DNA of 63,156 bases, the filler included, from Octopus bimaculoides (lineage: Eukaryota): the NCBI RefSeq assembly GCF_001194135.2. It is 5 parts of 5 records of this genome, joined end to end, with 100 filler letters (N's around TTAATTAATTAA, not from the genome) between each part and the next. Parts side by side here need not be neighbours in the genome. Positions count along the whole stretch, not along the records: positions 37,427 to 45,052 come from NW_026412372.1; positions 45,153 to 58,222 come from NC_068989.1; 3 more parts are not named here. One strand, written 5' to 3'. Shown piece by piece: positions 38,156-49,810 of this stretch. Every line of letters starts with the position of its first letter. The stretch's first letter is position 1. The notes below the pieces were generated by a model, which saw nothing but the letters and a program-made list of their open reading frames with translations, did not search any database and was not told the origin of the DNA. The translations under genes were made by a program, and so were the position numbers.

Positions 38156-39115
38156 TGTAGAACGACCGTGCGAACCAAAGGAGAAATGGTGACGAATGGA
38201 AAACAGGCTCCTTTTTTAACGCGTCACACGGTCGACACAAAATATATGATAATGTTATAATACTATAACATAGAGAATTCGCATGTGAAATGCGAAGGAG
38301 TGCCAGTAAGGAAAAGATAGAAACGCAACCGATAAAGATAACAGTAAGATTTATTGGAGCATTAAACTGTATGTCTGTGTGTGAGTGTGAATGCGACATA
38401 ATAAGACACAATATAAGACAGGCCGTCATGTAAACAAAAGAGTGTGTATACAAATATATGTATGTGAATGCAAGAGATACAGAGTATAGATAAGAGTCAG
38501 TAACACGGATAAGGAAATACCAGTTCTGTTAAGGTACACAGTAGTTAGAAGGTCTGTATATAAGAGGTTAAGGTTGAGGCAGAGCTAAGTCACTTGTCGT
38601 GCAGTTGAGGCTTCGATGCCGGGCCGGGCCGGATTCTTGATACAGATGGGTTCTCGCAGGTGTCGAATTCTGGCTGTTATTTCGTGGTGAACAATTCACA
38701 CAACAGGGTTGAGAAGAGAAGCTGCGGTTGCTGTTTGGTAGCTTGTGTACGTAGAGTCGTGTTGACGCCGGCGACGTTGGATTGTAGTAAAGAGTTGAAC
38801 GATGCTGTTGATGTCGTCGCTGGAAACTGGCTGGCTGTGTTACGTGTGTGGTCAACGACCAGATCTGTGAGGATCTGAAGCCGCGGGTTAAAACAGGCTA
38901 TTTATAGGTACAGAGAGCATAAGAAAACACTCTTTCACGTGACCTTATTAGATGGCCACGGTTGGTCGGTTTGCATCCTGGCGCGAAAGGACTGGAGGCA
39001 AATACCGCGAAAATAAAAGTCAGTCAGGTGATGACACAGCAAGGCGGGAAAGAGTTGTTACCTGCTACGTTCGCATTTGTTAATAAATAACCCCGAGAGA
39101 GGTGGTTTCACTACA
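38156..39115 (-). mobile_element. Solo LTR (~960 bp, Gypsy-like)
   Basis: Termini TGTAG...CTACA with a 4-bp TSD TATG (38152-38155 and 39116-39119). TATAAATA lies on the minus strand near 38900. No internal coding region. Confidence 0.8.
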
Positions 39116-39132
39116 TATGTATGTATGTATAA

Positions 39133-39328
39133 GTATGGCCGGTGTATGGGGTTTGGCTTTAGAGCGTTTCTTCAAACCCAAAAATCCATTGGCCAATGGT
39201 CTCTCTAACAAGTGGACGTCTCGCCAGACTCTAAAGCCGAAGCTTCGACTTTAGAGTCTGACGAGACATCCACGAGGCTAAAGCCTTTGTGGATGTGAAA
39301 CCATTGGTCACTCTATGACCGGACATAG
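39133..39328. mobile_element. Palindromic MITE-like element with a 60-bp near-perfect central hairpin
   Basis: The inner palindrome 39212-39273 is centred on AAGCTT; outer arms TATGGCCGGT..CCAATGGT and ACCATTGG..ACCGGACATA. Confidence 0.75.
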
Positions 39329-39633
39329 ATTCAATTACTTTTGATACATTACTGCTCTATAAACACACAAGCACACACGTCATTGTTACTTCTATATAAT
39401 TGTTTCTCATTTAGACACAAGGCTAACGTTTTTGAAAGGAGTTGGGTTAGTTGCTACCATCAACCCCAGTATCTGGTTGGTACTTTATTTTATCAACCTC
39501 GGAGTAATGAAAGACAAAGTTGTTCTCGGTTCGATTCGAGCTCGGAATATAAAGTGTCGGAAGAAACACCGCAAGGCATTTTGCATTATTTCTATATTGA
39601 AAGACTTGTGCAAAAATATATTTTGTTATAGAC

Positions 39634-39685
<52 letters not shown>

Positions 39686-39912
39686 ATTCGAGTTGTGATT
39701 TCGACTTAGTTTGGTATATTCAGACCCAGTGCAATCATAACCATAGACGCTCTTTCTATCAAATTATCATATATAGAGCTGTTATTTTAGAGTAAAGCGA
39801 AATAACTAAAATATACATTGTTACATATAAATTATGAATTTATGTTCTTTGGTGCATTACGTAGTTTTCATATATAACTCAAATGAAATACAGGCGAGCG
39901 CGCACGCACACG

Positions 39913-39944
<32 letters not shown>

Positions 39945-40289
39945 GCATATGTATATAAATATAATAAACGATGTTTACGTATATCGTTTTAAATACTGTA
40001 TTAATTTAAATAGTTCCTGTAAACAATTTACTTGTTATTTACCAATATATTATTTCAAGCCTAATATTTATTCAACTTGAAAAAAAATTATGAATTTCAA
40101 AATAACAGTTTTGAAATTATTTCCTTCCTTTCAAATATTTTTGATTAACGAGTAAGGTAGCGGAAAATATGTTTCTATCTTTAATAATTTTTCAATTATA
40201 TTTATTCTTCCTCCTGTCTTGTACTCTGATAATTTCGCATGATAAATTTTAAAATATTCCGAGTACCATTCCTCTTTTTCTATGCATAC

Positions 40290-40390
40290 CAATTCCTTTG
40301 TCGCGTTTATTGTCCCTTTTCTATTTTTCGATTTATTTTTCTTCTCTTTCTTAACGTTACGCTCAAATCTCCTTGCCAGTTTACGTTTGC
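40290..40390 (-). CDS. Candidate internal coding exon of an unidentified gene (K/R-rich)
   Basis: Acceptor ttctctttttcttgtgcag and donor TTG|gtatgc; open frame (phase 1 to 0) KRKLARRFERNVKKEKKNKSKNRKGTINATKEL. No family recognised. Confidence 0.45.
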
Positions 40391-40992
40391 CTGCACAAGA
40401 AAAAGAGAACTACAGTTGAACGAGAGAATGTGATAAATAAACCAAAACACATGGGAAAAAAAAAGAAAAGAAAGGAAAGATAAGTAAAAAATAAAACAAC
40501 CAACCAATTCACTTAGGAAGATACATATGTACATATATTGGTGCGCATTTACGAATATGAAACACATTTCTTAGAATCTGGATACGTATCGAGCACCGGG
40601 TTGGTATGTTACGTCTCTATTCAAAATATCACCATTCACTATTCTCTATTTAAACACATATGCACGAAATTAATACTATTTCACATTTTAAACAGTCTTC
40701 ATTTTCAAAATAATCATCTTGCTCTTCCTGCCTTTTCTCTACATGCAAATTTTTGAAAATGTATCATATTGATAAAGGCATTACATTAGTCATATTTGTT
40801 AACAGATTCGTTGTATTTTTAAGACCCCCCCCCAAAAAAAAAGGACAGGATAAAAAAATATGAGTATGTGTGCATTTATATATATATATATAATGATTCT
40901 TTGAATACATGCATACCAATACATTCATGTTTATGTGTGTATGCATATATACATATATTCATCCATACACACCTGTTTTTGCAAGCATATAC

Positions 40993-41035
<43 letters not shown>

Positions 41036-41114
41036 GTATAGGAACATGTGTACTTGTGTGTGCGTGCATGCATATGTAACTCTCTCTCTCTCTCTCTCTC
41101 TCTCNNNNNNNNNN

Positions 41115-41165
<51 letters not shown>

Positions 41166-41374
41166 AACATACACATCTCAATATATCTATACACACAAAA
41201 AACATACATGCAAACACATCTATTTATGTATCGAACATATACTCGTGTGTACGTTTGTGTGCATACACATACACATGTACTGTGCATGTATATGTATGAA
41301 TGTATATCTACCTTTATACCGCACACACGCACACACATATTATCAGTCATCTTCACCATTATCGTGTGTCGTAC

Positions 41375-41461
41375 CTTGTCTGAACACCACCGTCCAGATT
41401 CTTTCACTACAATACTGTGAAAGTTGCTGTTTTGGAAATAACGGTTTACAACGAGTGGTCC
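41375..41461 (-). CDS. Candidate 87-nt exon upstream of the 40290-40390 exon
   Basis: tttag acceptor after a long pyrimidine tract and donor CAAG|gtacga. Phase 1-1 frame TTRCKPLFPKQQLSQYCSERIWTVVFRQ joins the next exon in frame. Confidence 0.3.
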
Positions 41462-41929
41462 CTAAATCCCTTCTCGCAGCGCAGATGATTCTCAGAGTCA
41501 AAGAGAGAGAGAGAGAGAGAGAGATGGCAGAGGGATGTGGAGAGAAAACGTCATTCGTATATCAACTTAGATTTGAACCCAGAATGTAAAGAACAGAACA
41601 AATGCTGCGAAGTATTTCTCCAATGCACCAGTGTTTTTGTATGTGTGTGTGTCTGCGTGTTTGTATACCAGTATATATGTGTATGTAAAGACAGCTGTGT
41701 GTGTCATAAACACACACATACACGCACACGTGTATATACACATGTATGCATGCACACATGTATTTGTGTTTGCATGTGCGCGTGTACGAATATATGAATA
41801 TACATACATGCATACCAATATACATGTACGCATATGTACACACTCAAGCACGCACACACACACACAACGCAAAATCATCTATGGGTGTATATTCATACGG
41901 TAAAGATGGACTATATGTAATCTGAACCT

Positions 41930-42285
41930 TTCCCCCCCTTATTTATTAATTTTTTTTACGGAATCCCACGTTTTAGGCTATGGAGATTCCGATTCTGAAA
42001 AAATATTTTTTGAAAAATTTCAATCCCCCCCCCACCAAGCAGGCTATTTACATGCTAGAAATAACAGCCAAATCTCACAAAACTAGTGTTAGGGTTAGGG
42101 TCAGAGTTAGGGTTAGGGTTTGAGTTAGGGTTAGGTTTACCCTGTGGATCTATATAAAAACCGAGGGGGGGGGATCGAAATTTTGAAATTGAGATTTTTG
42201 AAAATTTTTTTCCAGAATCGGATTCTCCATGGTCTGAAACATAGGATTTCGTAAAAAAAACAAAATTTAAAAGGGGGGGGGGTAT
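41930..42285. mobile_element. Foldback element with long TIRs enclosing degenerate (TTAGGG)n
   Basis: Arms 41954-42033 and 42166-42258 are reverse complements (TTACGGAATCC..ATGGAGATTCCGATTCTG versus CAGAATCGGATTCTCCATGG..GGATTTCGTAA). TTAGGG-like units at 42089-42136. Confidence 0.75.
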
Positions 42286-43449
42286 ACCCAGATTACATAT
42301 ACTCCATCTCCACCATTCATACATGCAACACCTATCAGTATTTATACGTATATACCTAAATTTGTACACACACACACACACGTTGAGAGGCATAAAAGAA
42401 ACAAGGTACACATTAAAAATATAATTTTTGTAATATTTGGAGGATCAATGTTTACGTCGGTTGTACAAAACGAACAATAATCAGCTGCTAAAATCATAAC
42501 TATTTATTTATTTATGGGTTTCAGCCAAGTGGCTGTGGTCATGCTGGAGCCGCGTGCTTGTGTGTGTGTGCACGCGCACACACACTCACACTTATTTTAT
42601 TTCATAAGCTATGACATAACTGTATTTCTGTCTCAATATATCAAAAACTGCACCAACACAAAAATAGTGAAACCAATATTGAGAGAGAATTATATTGACT
42701 TTCACAGATTTAATTTATAAGCTGTGGGTGTTGAAATGTACGACTCGTACATAAATACCTGCATACATCCATGCAAACATACATACAGACACTCACGCAT
42801 CTATTAATTCAATCTGTTCATCCATCTATCTATCTATCACTTTTATCAGATAATTTATTTAATATATACAACATCAGCATTACCTACGCAGTTTGGTAAT
42901 GTTTATAAATTATGGTAGACATTCGATAAATAGAACACATTTCAAAAATGATTGTAAAAATTGCAAATATATAAGATGATGATGATGATATGACTATCGA
43001 ACAAACGTTTATATTTTTAGGAGAATCGTATAATATCAGCTGCTCCAAACATTTTTTTTAGTTTTGCATGCATGCATACATACATACATACATACATATT
43101 CGTGTACAGTAATTTTCTGTTTAAGCATTTGTTTTTCACGTGTCGTGTGTGTGTGTAGCGGAAGGGGAGGATGTTGCAGAAGGAGGAAAATGAATCTTTG
43201 AACGATACACTATGCCAGGCTGCATGTTTTCCTCTGTTGGTATCGAAATGGGATGAACCTATTTGTCGCTACATTTAATAACAGTTCACACATCTTATGA
43301 TTAAAAGATGAAAAAACAAGAACAAAAAAAAAAAATGAAAACGTTTAAGCTTCATTGATTTATAGATTTATGTTCACCTCTGCAATATTTTCCGTTACTT
43401 TATACACTATTGACGAGTGAATGAATAAATTAACGAATAATAATAATAA

Positions 43450-43968
43450 TAATGATTTCATTTATTTGCCACAAGGGCGAAGGATGAAGGGGGGACAATA
43501 CAAAGACAGATATAAAGTGTGGGGGGTTTACATATAGTGAAATGATAGAAGATGAAAAGAAAAGGAAAGAAAGAGTTTAAGTATACAGGTATACACTGAA
43601 AAAGAAGGGACATTTTGCATAGCATACAAAGCTTTAAAAAAAGGTGGCAGGGAGGATGATAGAGATGTGGCCCTCCTGATACAGGAAGGCATCTAGGGAT
43701 AACTGAGGAACCCCACTGTCCAAGATTTCCTTGAAACCCCAAGAGCAAGTGCCCTCTCCAATTCCTTCTCTCTGACAGATCTACACTTAGAGAGGCACCA
43801 TCCACTTTTGCCATTTTTGCAACTTTCACCTACCTTTCATTAAACTCACTCGAGGACAGCACTTCCCTCTCCACTTTCAATTTCCTTTTCATGTGAAATT
43901 TGAAGAAGTCAATGAGAGCTCTACCAAAGAGGAATGTATCTGTCCTCATGCTTTTCAGCCTTGTCCAC
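43450..43968 (-). mobile_element. 3' fragment of a Tx1/L1-like LINE
   Basis: Closely similar to 20090-20375 (GGGCGAAGGATGA..ACAATACAAAGACAGA; CACTCGAGGACAGC; TACCAAAGAGGAATGT). Confidence 0.75.
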
Positions 43969-44819
43969 TGAAATCCTTTCTACTTAATGCACAAGGCCTG
44001 AAATTTTGGTGAAGGTGGCAAGTCCATTTCATCGATCACAGTGCATAACTGGTACTTACTTTATCAACCCCAAAAGGATGAAAGGCAAAGTTGACCTTGG
44101 CAGAATTTGAACTCTGAATGTAAAGATGGACAAAATGCCGCTAATAATAATAATAATAACAAATGCCCTAATGCAGTACCAGGCACTGGTACTCATGGCT
44201 TCTGATCTTAACTGATTGGAAGTGTTATCAGGTACATGTTTTGTTTTGGTATAAAAGATGGGCTACAGCAAATATTCTGCTCAATACCACAGATTTGCTT
44301 ATCAATTGTTTGACCTTAACCAGTTGAGCATGTCCCTTGGTGGCTAATGATATGTGCATCTCTGATCACCACCAGAAGTAGTGGGGGAGCACCATAGACA
44401 TGTGTTGAGAGGAATTCTTTGGAGTTTGAATAATTCACCTCTGGAAACATGGGTGTTTCATTCAATATCTTTAAACAACCCTTATTCAAGGACCTTTTGA
44501 GCAGGATGGTCTACTCAACCTTAAGAAAATTCAAGCTGGGCCCCACCTGCGAGATCATGCACTGTTTATCTTGATATGAGATCACCATGTCACGCACATA
44601 TGATTGTGATGCATGTGCCTGGTGTACCCTTATCAGATGGGTATACTGGGCTTCGTATATTTTACCCCAGTGTCATGCACTGCTCTCTCACTCACTCAAT
44701 AATAATAATGATATAATTTCTTTATTAACCAGTAAGGGTTTACATTAAGAGAAATGTGGACAGCACAGGACAAAGAGAATTTGGAGTTACATTTAAGTCG
44801 TGTAAACAAAGGCATTTGA

Positions 44820-45052
44820 TTCATCATCATCATCATCATCGTTTAACGTCCGCTTTCCATGCTAGCATGGGTTGGACGATTTGACTGAGGACTGGTGAAA
44901 CCGGATGGCAACACCAGGCTCCAGTCTGATTTGGCAGAGTTTCTACAGCTGGATGCCCTTCCTAACGCCAACCACTCAGAGAGTGTAGTGGGTGCTTTTA
45001 CGTGTCACCCGCACGAAAACGGCCACGCTCGAAATGGTGTCTTTTATGTGCC
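44820..45052. mobile_element. Abundant (CAT)n-associated interspersed repeat
   Basis: CATCATCATCGTTTAACGTCCGCTTTCCATGCTAGCATGGGTTGGACG..GGATGCCCTTCCTAACGCCAACCACTC. An inverted related copy lies at ~8040-8250. Confidence 0.7.
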
Positions 45053-45152
45053 NNNNNNNNNNNNNNNNNNNNNNNNNNNNNNNNNNNNNNNNNNNNTTAA
45101 TTAATTAANNNNNNNNNNNNNNNNNNNNNNNNNNNNNNNNNNNNNNNNNNNN

Positions 45153-45196
<44 letters not shown>

Positions 45197-46599
45197 TTGT
45201 GTGTTATATTGTATTATACTGTTTGGGATAAAGAAAGATTACAAATTCGAACCATAGTTCAGTTCGATATGTCCTTTGCTTGATTGCATAAATTAGTGGA
45301 TTGGAAAATGGGTGTAATTACAACAGTGGAAGCGTTATAAATCATCGTTTTACTATCGTGCCTCGGTATGGAATAGGACGAGGCTCTTTAACGGTAATTT
45401 GGGTATGTGTTGGTAAAGTCAAAACTAGTTTACTCCATGTATTTAAGAATGAAAAAGAATGGCAGATGTTGTGGAATTTCTCTGTAAGAGAGAGGTTGCA
45501 TGACTTCAATATGCTGCTCAATAACTGTGCTTTATTGAATACTGTTTATGAGATGCTGGTAATCAATCATTTATCTCTGGATTTCCAAATACGCTTTGAA
45601 AGTGACGTGGTGTTTTTCTATGTAGAGAGGGTAGCAGTAGCGGTTGTACTGGTATTCTGTATGCTCTGTGTAGCTTGATGTTTTGTTTGTGGAGACATCA
45701 ATACAGTAAACAACCCTTTTCTCTACGCATTTTCCTTTTGATGAACCGAGCACTGTATTTCAGAAACTCCATGTCAACTAGATTTTCTTTACGTTTGCTT
45801 GAAGTATTTTTTTACATTGTATATCTTAATCATACTAAACTTTTTCATACAGTTGTAGTTTATCTGTTTTTTGATTGAACAGCTGAATCTGGAAATGTAC
45901 AAGGTATTATACTATATTACATTTATTGTCATAGCGTTTTTTCATGGGAGTGGGGATGATAGTAGCTAGAGGTGTTTAATAGTAATTTATTGCTTCTTGT
46001 TATCGGCTATGTAATAAAACCTTCCTTTCATGGTCGATAATGAATTTTTTTTTTTTTTTTTTTTTTGCTGTGCTCTTACTTCACAACGATGTTTCTACGT
46101 TGTCACCCAAATTCCTAGAAATTGTAGCTAAATCTCCTCTAAACTTTACCAGAGATGTTTACTTCATTCAAAGTGGTACTAAATGAAACTGAAAAAAGTT
46201 AATAATTAGTTAAATCACTTAAGAAATACCTTAAGTGATTTAAATCACTTAAGTGAATAACCGCGTACATACCAGGAATGCCAATTCAAAATTTTGAAAA
46301 GCACAATGTTAATAGGCACTAAGTTAATAGGCACTACAAAGCACTGGATAAAAGTGGAAAGTACCAAAAAACACCTAAATATAAAAAGAAATCGCATAAA
46401 AAGGTGTAAATATCAAAAGATTTATATTAAAAGTTTCAGCTTCAATTAAATTAAAATGAAATTAACATCACTTGTATTTTTACTCCTTATGATTTTTGAA
46501 GATTTCCCAGTCAATTTCTTTTGATGTAGAAGCTGCAGTTTCACACGATTTATAAGCTTCCGTGGATCCAATTTTCTTTAACAGTTGGCTAAGTAGATT

Positions 46600-46970
46600 A
46601 CAAACATAACTATTTACCACTTCGTTTAAGGCTATATTTGATATTCAGAATTTCTCTTTGTGCTTCTATGCTTAGACGGTTACGCTCTTTTGAGTTCATA
46701 AAATTCATGTGGATAAATATGCTCTCAAAATTAGCATTTGCATGTGGTAAAATGAATAGTGTTGAAGCTAACTTAGAGAAATGTTCAAATAGTTTTTTCC
46801 CAGTCGAATCACTTATATGAGGATACTTCAATCCAAATAGAAGTTGTCTGAAACGACTGGAAAAACACATTTTCTTGTCACAAAATTTATCTGCTTTAAT
46901 TTTTGATAACAAATTCCGAATTAAATTCTGATTTCTCTTTAATGAAGAACTAACTAACTTAGGCACTAAA
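46600..46970 (-). mobile_element. hAT transposase C-terminal dimerisation domain remnant
   Basis: FEHFSKLASTLFILPHANANFESIFIHMNFMNSKERNRLS matches the hAT LPHSNADxERxFS..K...RNRL motif; truncated by an N gap. Confidence 0.8.
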
Positions 46971-47920
46971 TNNNNNNNNNNNNNNNNNNNNNNNNNNNNN
47001 NNNNNNNNNNNNNNNNNNNNNNNNNNNNNNNNNNNNNNNNNNNNNNNNNNNNNNNNNNNNNNNNNNNNNNNNNNNNNNNNNNNNNNNNNNNNNNNNNNNN
47101 NNNNNNNNNNNNNNNNNNNNNNNNNNNNNNNNNNNNNNNNNNNNNNNNNNNNNNNNNNNNNNNNNNNNNNNNNNNNNNNNNNNNNNNNNNNNNNNNNNNN
47201 NNNNNNNNNNNNNNNNNNNNNNNNNNNNNNNNNNNNNNNNNNNNNNNNNNNNNNNNNNNNNNNNNNNNNNNNNNNNNNNNNNNNNNNNNNNNNNNNNNNN
47301 NNNNNNNNNNNNNNNNNNNNNNNNNNNNNNNNNNNNNNNNNNNNNNNNNNNNNNNNNNNNNNNNNNNNNNNNNNNNNNNNNNNNNNNNNNNNNNNNNNNN
47401 NNNNNNNNNNNNNNNNNNNNNNNNNNNNNNNNNNNNNNNNNNNNNNNNNNNNNNNNNNNNNNNNNNNNNNNNNNNNNNNNNNNNNNNNNNNNNNNNNNNN
47501 NNNNNNNNNNNNNNNNNNNNNNNNNNNNNNNNNNNNNNNNNNNNNNNNNNNNNNNNNNNNNNNNNNNNNNNNNNNNNNNNNNNNNNNNNNNNNNNNNNNN
47601 NNNNNNNNNNNNNNNNNNNNNNNNNNNNNNNNNNNNNNNNNNNNNNNNNNNNNNNNNNNNNNNNNNNNNNNNNNNNNNNNNNNNNNNNNNNNNNNNNNNN
47701 NNNNTTGTTTAAAACAGACATTTATTAGTTTTAAAAATTTAAGGACGAAAGTTTGCAATACACTCTAGGATTTTGTAAAATAAATTATCTTTCTTGCATC
47801 TCCTTCTCCACATAAATCCACAAAGATAAAAGTCAACCATGCCCAGGTACTTTCAATTTGTTGAGTCCCATCTGTTATGAAAACAAACAATTATAGAGCA
47901 AGTGGCGGCTACACTTCTTG

Positions 47921-48029
47921 TGCGCATGCGCAGCATCTTTGGTTACTATGGAAACAGAGTTCTTCGCAATCAACTATGGAATACGTGGTGCTTCTTTGCT
48001 TTGGTTACTACAGAAACAGACTTCTTCGC
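47921..48029. promoter_or_regulatory. Promoter-like cluster: NRF1-type palindrome plus two X-boxes
   Basis: TGCGCATGCGCA at 47921-47932, GTTACTATGGAAAC at 47942-47955 and GTTACTACAGAAAC at 48004-48017. The X-boxes sit in a duplicated ~30-bp unit. Confidence 0.6.
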
Positions 48030-48899
48030 TACGGTGATGTCTAAAATATTCGCTTTTGATTGGCTAAAATACCCAAATTTTGCAAATTTTAAAGGCTAAA
48101 AACTTTTTAATTATGGATTTATAGGAAAGATGAATTTCATTCTCATAATTAGTATGCAAAACTTAATTCATATACCAAATTTGAAAACAACTGGAACAGT
48201 GATGAAAACCACAAAGTTCTTTCTGGCCTTGTGCCAAAATATGAAACCATTATTAGTAAGTAACTATAGGTACTTACTAATAATGTATAAGGTATAAACA
48301 TTTTCTAAACTTATTTTCCCGCTCCAATGGAATTAAACCATGCGCGTATATAAGAAATAACTATAACATTATACTTCGTTTCTGTACCGATATACAAATC
48401 AAGTGAATAATACAAATTATTTATAGACAAAATGCACGCAAGAGAAAACCAAAAACAAACAAAATATAAAACATTTATTGTCTCTTTTATTCTCCCTACT
48501 TCCTTTATGTTCTCTACTTCTTTGCTTCCACCCCCTCCCCATTCTCTACATCTCTATCTCTAACTCTTATTCCCTCCCCCTCTCTCTCTTTCTTTATCTC
48601 TCTCTTTCTCTCTCTCTCTTACTCACTCTTTCTCTGCCTCTTCGCCTACATCACGCAGACACTTTCTGTAAGTAGGCGTCAGAACAGATACACATGCATG
48701 CACATAAACATGCTTTCTTTCTCTCTTTCTCTCTCCCTCTCTACCATTTCTCTCTCTCTCTCTCTCTCTTTCTCCCTCTCTTTCCCTTACATACACACAC
48801 ACACACATACACACACAATATGTCTTTCTCTTCCTCATCTGGAGATTTTAGAGTGATAGCAAAACGGAACTGACCGACTTTGTGATGTAAAATCCGGAA

Positions 48900-49810
48900 T
48901 CCAAGCAATCTGGTGATAGTCTATGCTATCAATAATTAATTACTAGAAGTGTTTATAGAAATTCATTTTCAATGAAAAGTGAATCACCCGACATTTCGGT
49001 ACGTTGCCCTTTACCTGAGAATGTTGTCGTTTTGGTCGATTGCCTAAAAAACATCCTCACTTATCCTACCTTCTCTCTGACGAAGAACATTAACCTGAAA
49101 CAATAGATTATTTGCTCACCGTAGCTATTAAACTTATCAATTTCTTCTATGACTCCTCTGCAAACATGTTATTCTTTCTATTCCACCCCATCCTGCCTTC
49201 TGGCGAACTCTCTTCCATTCTATAGTTCTTTTACTACAACTAAACTATCATCACAACAATAACTACGACAACTACTACTACTGCTACTACAACTAAAAAC
49301 CACATCATCATATTCATCATCATCATCATCATAACAAATACGAATACTACTATATTACTACTGCCATTAGAACAATCATTTCTTCTGAAATATTTACCAT
49401 TGAAATCAAAACCGAAGCGAGACTCCGAGGGAGTCACTACGAAGTCCCACGGTCTGCTAGAAATAGCACCAAAAATCCCTTAAACTACAACCTTCCGTCG
49501 TCCAGAAAAGAAACACACTAGATTATGTGAGCCTGCGTTTCCCGTACCTACGTAAAAGACCACCACTCAGAAGAACTTAGATTGAAGAATAACAATTTTC
49601 ACCCACAGGAGCGTTGTATTCTATTGACTGCACAAGTCGTCTTGGCCGCTAACTCCAAAAGTTTTATTCTCTCTGTTTATTTCCTCATGTTCCTTTATGT
49701 TGAAGAGCGTAGGCTCGAAACGTAAAAGACTTTCTCACCTTACCGAGCGTCAAACTAATACACTTCCTTGTTGTTTATACACCTATCTTCGTCTTCTGTT
49801 TTTTGTAAAT
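48900..49810. mobile_element. Probable Penelope-like element remnants
   Basis: Degenerate hammerhead-core-like strings CTGACGA..GAAAC (~49076-49100) and TTGAAGAGCGTAGGCTCGAAAC (~49700-49722). No RT reading frame is visible. Confidence 0.4.

Noticed and set aside
40590-40670. Minus-frame RIVNGD resembling a trypsin activation site
   Set aside because: An in-frame stop follows within about 25 codons and no catalytic motifs are present.
45301-45678. 125-aa plus-strand ORF in unique-looking sequence
   Set aside because: No ATG start, no recognisable domain and no convincing splice sites; minus frames contain repeated stops. Left unassigned.
48975-49725. Three further hammerhead-core-like strings
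   Set aside because: Stems II/III or the NUH cleavage triplet cannot be formed; recorded only as possible Penelope remnants.
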